NCBI GenBank assembly: GCA_040263875.1
Contig: JBDQJI010000003.1
Coordinates: 19,994 to 83,993 of the forward strand
Source of the DNA: Alphaproteobacteria bacterium
GTDB lineage: Bacteria > Pseudomonadota > Alphaproteobacteria > Bin95
DNA: 64,000 bases
Direction: 5' to 3'
This document shows, one piece after another, positions 58,559 to 64,000 of the stretch. The stretch's first letter is position 1. The number at the start of each line of letters is the position of its first letter. A program made the position numbers and the translations under genes. The notes below the pieces were generated by a model. The model was not told the DNA's origin. It made no database searches and worked only from the letters and a program-made list of their open reading frames with translations.

Positions 58559-59953
58559 CTAGCGGTAGCATGCTGCTTTAGCAGCGGCGACAATATCTTC
58601 AGCACTCGCAAGCGCTAATTCTTCCAAATTCGCGGCATACGGCATTGGTACGTCTTCACCGGCCACGCGGACAACCGGTGCATCCAGCCAATCAAACGCC
58701 TTTTCCATCATGGTCGCAGCAAGTTCAGCGCCGATCCCGGCATAGGGCCAACCTTCCTCCACAGAAACCAAGCGATTGGTCTTCTGCACAGAGCGGACAA
58801 TTGTATCCGTATCGAGTGGACGGATGGTGCGAAGATCAATCACCTCTGCCTCAATCCCCTCACCTGCCAAAATATCGGCAGCCTCAAGTGCTTTTTGGCA
58901 CATGAGTGAGAAGGCTGTGATCGTAACATCCTTGCCCTCACGCAATACTTTGGCGCGGCCAATTGGCGTCACGAAATCTTCGTCTGTCGGCACATCGAAC
59001 GTTTGGCCGTAGAGAAGCTCATTCTCTAGGAAGATCACCGGATTTGGATTGCGGATCGCGGCTTTTAGCAGCCCTTTTGCGTCGCCAGCCGAATAGGGGG
59101 AGATCACAATTAGACCTGGGACGTGGGCGAACCAGCTTGCATAGCATTGGGAATGCTGAGCCGCGACCCGCGCCGCGGCACCATTCGGCCCACGGAACAC
59201 AATGGGACAGCCCATCTGACCGCCAGACATATAGAGCGTCTTGGCAGCAGAGTTGATGATCTGATCCATTGCTTGCATGGAGAAGTTGAATGTCATGAAT
59301 TCAACGATTGGCTTCAAGCCGTCGAACGCAGCACCGACACCAATGCCTGCAAAACCATGCTCTGTAATCGGTGTATCGATCACGCGCTTGGCGCCAAACT
59401 CATCCAGCAAGCCCTGGCTGATTTTATAGGCGCCCTGATACTCAGCAACCTCTTCACCCATGAGGAAGACATCGCCATCCCGGCGCATTTCTTCCGCCAT
59501 TGCGTCACGCAGCGCGTCACGGACCGTTTGTTCTTTGGTATCCTCGTAGGCTTTGGCTTCCGCCGCATCCATCTCAGACGTTGGTGCGACAGCCACTGCA
59601 GCTAAGTCACTCTTGCGCGGCCCGACATCCGCCTTTGCCTCTGCAGGTGCTGGAGCAGCTTCGGCCTTCGGCGCTGGCGCTGATTTGCCCGCGTCAGCAG
59701 GCGCTTCTTCACCCTCACCAACGAGCACGGCGATGATGGCGTTCACCTCAACGCCTTCCGCCCCTTCGTCAACCAGCAGCTTGCCGACTTTGCCTTCATC
59801 GACCGCTTCGACTTCCATCGTCGCTTTGTCGGTTTCGATCTCTGCGATCAGGTCGCCGGCGCTCACATCATCGCCCACCTTGACGAGCCAGCGAGCAAGC
59901 TTGCCTTCAGTCATCGTCGGCGACAGGGCCGGCATAAGGATATCGATAGCCAT
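58559..59953 (-). CDS. pdhB: Pyruvate dehydrogenase E1 component beta subunit with an N-terminal lipoyl domain
   Basis: A lipoyl domain (IETDKATME) followed by the transketolase-like pyrimidine-binding and C-terminal domains of E1-beta. The N-terminal lipoyl fusion is an alphaproteobacterial trait. Confidence 0.9.
   Translation of the reverse strand: MAIDILMPALSPTMTEGKLARWLVKVGDDVSAGDLIAEIETDKATMEVEAVDEGKVGKLLVDEGAEGVEVNAIIAVLVGEGEEAPADAGKSAPAPKAEAAPAPAEAKADVGPRKSDLAAVAVAPTSEMDAAEAKAYEDTKEQTVRDALRDAMAEEMRRDGDVFLMGEEVAEYQGAYKISQGLLDEFGAKRVIDTPITEHGFAGIGVGAAFDGLKPIVEFMTFNFSMQAMDQIINSAAKTLYMSGGQMGCPIVFRGPNGAAARVAAQHSQCYASWFAHVPGLIVISPYSAGDAKGLLKAAIRNPNPVIFLENELLYGQTFDVPTDEDFVTPIGRAKVLREGKDVTITAFSLMCQKALEAADILAGEGIEAEVIDLRTIRPLDTDTIVRSVQKTNRLVSVEEGWPYAGIGAELAATMMEKAFDWLDAPVVRVAGEDVPMPYAANLEELALASAEDIVAAAKAACYR
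59763..59944. repeat. Lipoyl-domain coding repeat, copy 2 (in pdhB)
   Basis: Partner of 58326-58506. See copy 1. Confidence 0.7.
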
Positions 59954-59975
59954 GGTATTCCCCCTGTTCGCGCGC

Positions 59976-61037
59976 TTACGCTTCGATCAGAATATCGGTG
60001 TAAAGCTCAGATGGATCAGGCTCTGGACTCGATTGCGCGAACTCAGCTGAGTCCGCCACGACTGCACGCACGTCAGCATCGATCTTCTTAAGCGCGTCCG
60101 CATCCACGATTTTGCTTTTGATCAGGTGCTCACGGAGCGTCTCAATCGGATCGCGCTCTTCCCGCATTTTGTTTACTTCGTCGCGGGAGCGGTACTTAGC
60201 CGGATCAGACATTGAATGGCCGCGATACCGGTAAGTTTCCGCTTCCAGCAGCACAGGGCCGTTAGTCCGGGCGTATTCGACCGCCTCTTTGCATTCTTCC
60301 GCCATGGTCATGACGTTCATGCCGTCAATCTTCTTGTTCTTGATGCCATAAGCATCACCGCGCAGGTGCAACGCAGGACCGGCAGAGGATCGGTTCACAG
60401 AAGTGCCCATGCCGTACTTATTGTTCTCAATCACCATGATCAGAGGCAGCTTCCAGAGCGACGCCATATTCATGGTTTCAGCGATCTGGCCTTGGTTGGA
60501 TGCACCATCACCGAAATACGCGACCGATACGCCGCCAGTTTCCCGATATTTCGCAGCGAACGCTAGCCCACCGCCAAGCGGCACTTGTGCGCCAACAATG
60601 CCATGACCGCCGAAGAAACGTTTCTCCCGGCTGAACATGTGCATGGAACCGCCTTTGCCATGGGAATATCCGTCCTTACGACCGGTGAGTTCCGCCATAA
60701 CGCCACGGGCTTCCATGCCGCAAGCCAGCATATGCCCATGATCGCGATAACCAGTGATGACAGAATCACGCTCATCAAGCGCATGCTGCATGCCGATAAC
60801 GACCGCCTCCTGGCCGATATAGAGATGGCAGAAACCGCCAATCAGGCCCATGCCGTAAAGCTGCCCCGCGCGCTCTTCAAAGCGTCGGATCAGCAGCATG
60901 TCTTTATAGAACTGCATTAGGGTATCGTTATCGAAAGATGGCTTGGCCTTGGCTTTTGACCTACTCGACGTTCGTTTAACCGCCGGTTTCGCTGCAGCCT
61001 TATTGGCTGTTCCGCTCTTAGAAGCCGCTCGCGCCAT
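59976..61037 (-). CDS. pdhA: Pyruvate dehydrogenase E1 component alpha subunit
   Basis: TPP-binding GDG...N motif ([11 protein letters not shown]) and E1-alpha family pattern. The start is taken at MARAASKS (codon 23 of the track ORF). Confidence 0.85.
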   Translation of the reverse strand: MARAASKSGTANKAAAKPAVKRTSSRSKAKAKPSFDNDTLMQFYKDMLLIRRFEERAGQLYGMGLIGGFCHLYIGQEAVVIGMQHALDERDSVITGYRDHGHMLACGMEARGVMAELTGRKDGYSHGKGGSMHMFSREKRFFGGHGIVGAQVPLGGGLAFAAKYRETGGVSVAYFGDGASNQGQIAETMNMASLWKLPLIMVIENNKYGMGTSVNRSSAGPALHLRGDAYGIKNKKIDGMNVMTMAEECKEAVEYARTNGPVLLEAETYRYRGHSMSDPAKYRSRDEVNKMREERDPIETLREHLIKSKIVDADALKKIDADVRAVVADSAEFAQSSPEPDPSELYTDILIEA

Positions 61038-61174
61038 CGCCCCCTCCGATTTGTATTTCTGAAACGCTTGCAAGCGCCTATGGCAAAACCATAAACCGCT
61101 CATATCACCATGGCAATGAACAAGCCGTGATCAGCGATTTCACCAAGCGGGAAATACGAACAGCTGATCAGGCC

Positions 61175-61486
61175 CTATTTCTGGAAAACGACCACTTCAC
61201 GCTCCGCGCCCATATTCAGGCGGCGACGCGCGTGTTCACCTAACGAATCGGGATGCATCGTCTCTGGCCGAAGCAAGGCTGTGTCCCGTTCGAGGCCGAC
61301 ACGGATTGCCGTCAGACCGGCCAATTCATTTTCAGCATCCGCAATCCGTAGATCGAACGCCTGCATCGCTAGGACGCCGTGGTCGTTCCGAACCAGATGG
61401 ACGCCAAAATAAACAGCAAGACATGCAAAAACCAGAGGCCAGATCAGGCCTTTCAGGCGTTTCTTGATGTCAAGTGCGGTGTCCAT
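61175..61486 (-). CDS. ftsB: Septum formation initiator family protein (FtsB-like)
   Basis: A single N-terminal transmembrane helix plus a coiled coil, 103 aa, in the conserved slot between eno and pdhA. Confidence 0.65.
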   Translation of the reverse strand: MDTALDIKKRLKGLIWPLVFACLAVYFGVHLVRNDHGVLAMQAFDLRIADAENELAGLTAIRVGLERDTALLRPETMHPDSLGEHARRRLNMGAEREVVVFQK

Positions 61487-61563
61487 CCTGCAGATGAATC
61501 ATGTCGCGAATCCTACGTCAACATAATTCTGCAGAAACCCGCCCAAAAACTTAGGCGCACACG

Positions 61564-62853
<1,290 letters not shown>

Positions 62854-62868
62854 TCAGAGGGGGAATGC

Positions 62869-63705
62869 TTAAATAGAAACGGGGTTCGCTTTGGCGATGC
62901 CGTCCAATTGGACAAGCAAAGCAAGCATGGCTTCAAGTTGGTCTAGCGGCACCATATTTGGACCATCGCTCGGCGCACTGTCGGGATCGCGGTGTGTTTC
63001 AACGAACAGTCCTGCGACGCCAATTGATATAGCCGCCCTGGCAAGTACAGGCACAAACTCACGTTGCCCACCAGATGTACCGCCCTGCCCGCCTGGCTGC
63101 TGCACAGAATGGGTCGCATCAAATACGACAGGCGCGCCGCCCTCTGCCATAATCGGCAGGGATCGCATGTCGGAAACAAGCGTGTTGTAGCCAAAGCTCG
63201 TTCCGCGCTCAGTCAGGATAACGCCGCTAGCCCCAGCCGCTTCAAGCTTGGCGGCCACGTGCTGCATGTCCCAGGGCGCTAGAAACTGCCCCTTCTTCAC
63301 ATTCACCGCGCAGCCAGTCTCAGCTGCTGCCACCAATAAATCAGTCTGGCGGCAGAGGAATGCTGGTATCTGGAGGAGCGACACGGCTTCAGCCGCCGCC
63401 ACGCATTGCGCTTCGGTGTGAACATCCGTCGTTACAGGAAGGCCGAGTGTCTGGCGCACATCGCCCAAAATATCGAGGCCTTCGGCCATCCCGATGCCGC
63501 GCGCACTTGAAAGGCTAGTGCGATTGGCCTTGTCAAATGAGGACTTATAGACCAGCGATACGCCAACACGGTCCGCTATCGCTTTGATCGCTTCCGCCGT
63601 TTCCAAAGCATGCGCCCGGCTCTCGATCGCGCATGGGCCAGCGATGAGCGAAAATCGTTTGGCGCTGCTAAAAACTGCGCCGCCTACGTCGACAGATTTC
63701 GTCAT
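62869..63705 (-). CDS. kdsA: 3-deoxy-8-phosphooctulonate (KDO8P) synthase
   Basis: [12 protein letters not shown]...[11 protein letters not shown]...FDATHSVQ pattern of KdsA. It is 278 aa. Confidence 0.9.
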   Translation of the reverse strand: MTKSVDVGGAVFSSAKRFSLIAGPCAIESRAHALETAEAIKAIADRVGVSLVYKSSFDKANRTSLSSARGIGMAEGLDILGDVRQTLGLPVTTDVHTEAQCVAAAEAVSLLQIPAFLCRQTDLLVAAAETGCAVNVKKGQFLAPWDMQHVAAKLEAAGASGVILTERGTSFGYNTLVSDMRSLPIMAEGGAPVVFDATHSVQQPGGQGGTSGGQREFVPVLARAAISIGVAGLFVETHRDPDSAPSDGPNMVPLDQLEAMLALLVQLDGIAKANPVSI

Positions 63706-63726
63706 GCAGACTCTCCGTCGGAAATA

Positions 63727-64000
63727 CTAAACGAGCCGCGCCTGATCCAGCGCTGCAGCAATGAATGACCGGAACAAGGGATGCGGTTCCATCGGTCGGG
63801 ATTTAAGCTCCGGGTGGAACTGCACGCCGATGAACCAAGGATGATCCGGCAATTCCACAATCTCAGGCAAGCGCCCGTCCGGTGAAAGGCCTGAGAAAAT
63901 CATTCCCGCCGCTTCGATTTCGTCGCGATAAGCGATGTTTATTTCATAGCGGTGACGGTGCCGCTCATGCACCAGCGTTTCGCCATAAGCTTCCGCAACG
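63727..64000 (-). CDS. pyrG: CTP synthase, C-terminal glutamine amidotransferase domain only (the gene continues past the window end)
   Basis: [56 protein letters not shown] carries the catalytic His/Glu of the GATase domain of PyrG. Confidence 0.85.
   Translation of the reverse strand, partial: VAEAYGETLVHERHRHRYEINIAYRDEIEAAGMIFSGLSPDGRLPEIVELPDHPWFIGVQFHPELKSRPMEPHPLFRSFIAAALDQARLV

Overview
This is a 64 kb chromosomal segment from an alphaproteobacterium, at roughly 58-60% GC. The lineage call rests on the gene content: the ntrBCYX nitrogen two-component cluster, the divK-pleD pair, a lipoyl-domain-bearing pyruvate dehydrogenase E1-beta, ispDF-pgpA-cinA, and hfq-hflX. Coding is dense on both strands. 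The right third (about 38-64 kb) is conserved core genome: hisI, mazG, hfq-hflX, trkA, ntrXYCB, ispDF-pgpA-cinA, lipA, the lpdA-pdhCBA pyruvate dehydrogenase cluster, ftsB, eno, kdsA and the 3' end of pyrG. The left two-thirds (about 5-37 kb) is a mosaic of catabolic and redox genes. It holds maeB, an amidase, ctaA, an HhH-GPD glycosylase, a histone-deacetylase-like amidohydrolase operon with an acyl-CoA dehydrogenase and an SMP-30 lactonase, an AtuA(DUF1446)/DUF4387/MFS/aminotransferase/SDR operon divergent from hydantoinase hyuAB, an LLM flavin monooxygenase, divK-pleD, and a tRNA-Glu(CTC) next to a truncated protocatechuate 3,4-dioxygenase operon. The most unusual locus is a tightly coupled four-gene operon at 8021-13142. 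It encodes a cysteine-dioxygenase-like cupin, a TauD-family Fe/2-oxoglutarate dioxygenase, a dihaem-cytochrome-b-like membrane protein, and a roughly 975-aa protein that fuses a four-cluster [4Fe-4S] electron-transfer subunit to a molybdopterin (Mo-bisPGD) catalytic subunit. A low-GC orphan gene at 5348-6208 carrying a ParB/sulfiredoxin-like motif is a second candidate for horizontally acquired function. I saw no CRISPR arrays, integrases, transposases or rRNA genes. Coordinates come from the supplied ORF track plus codon offsets; start codons carry the usual uncertainty.
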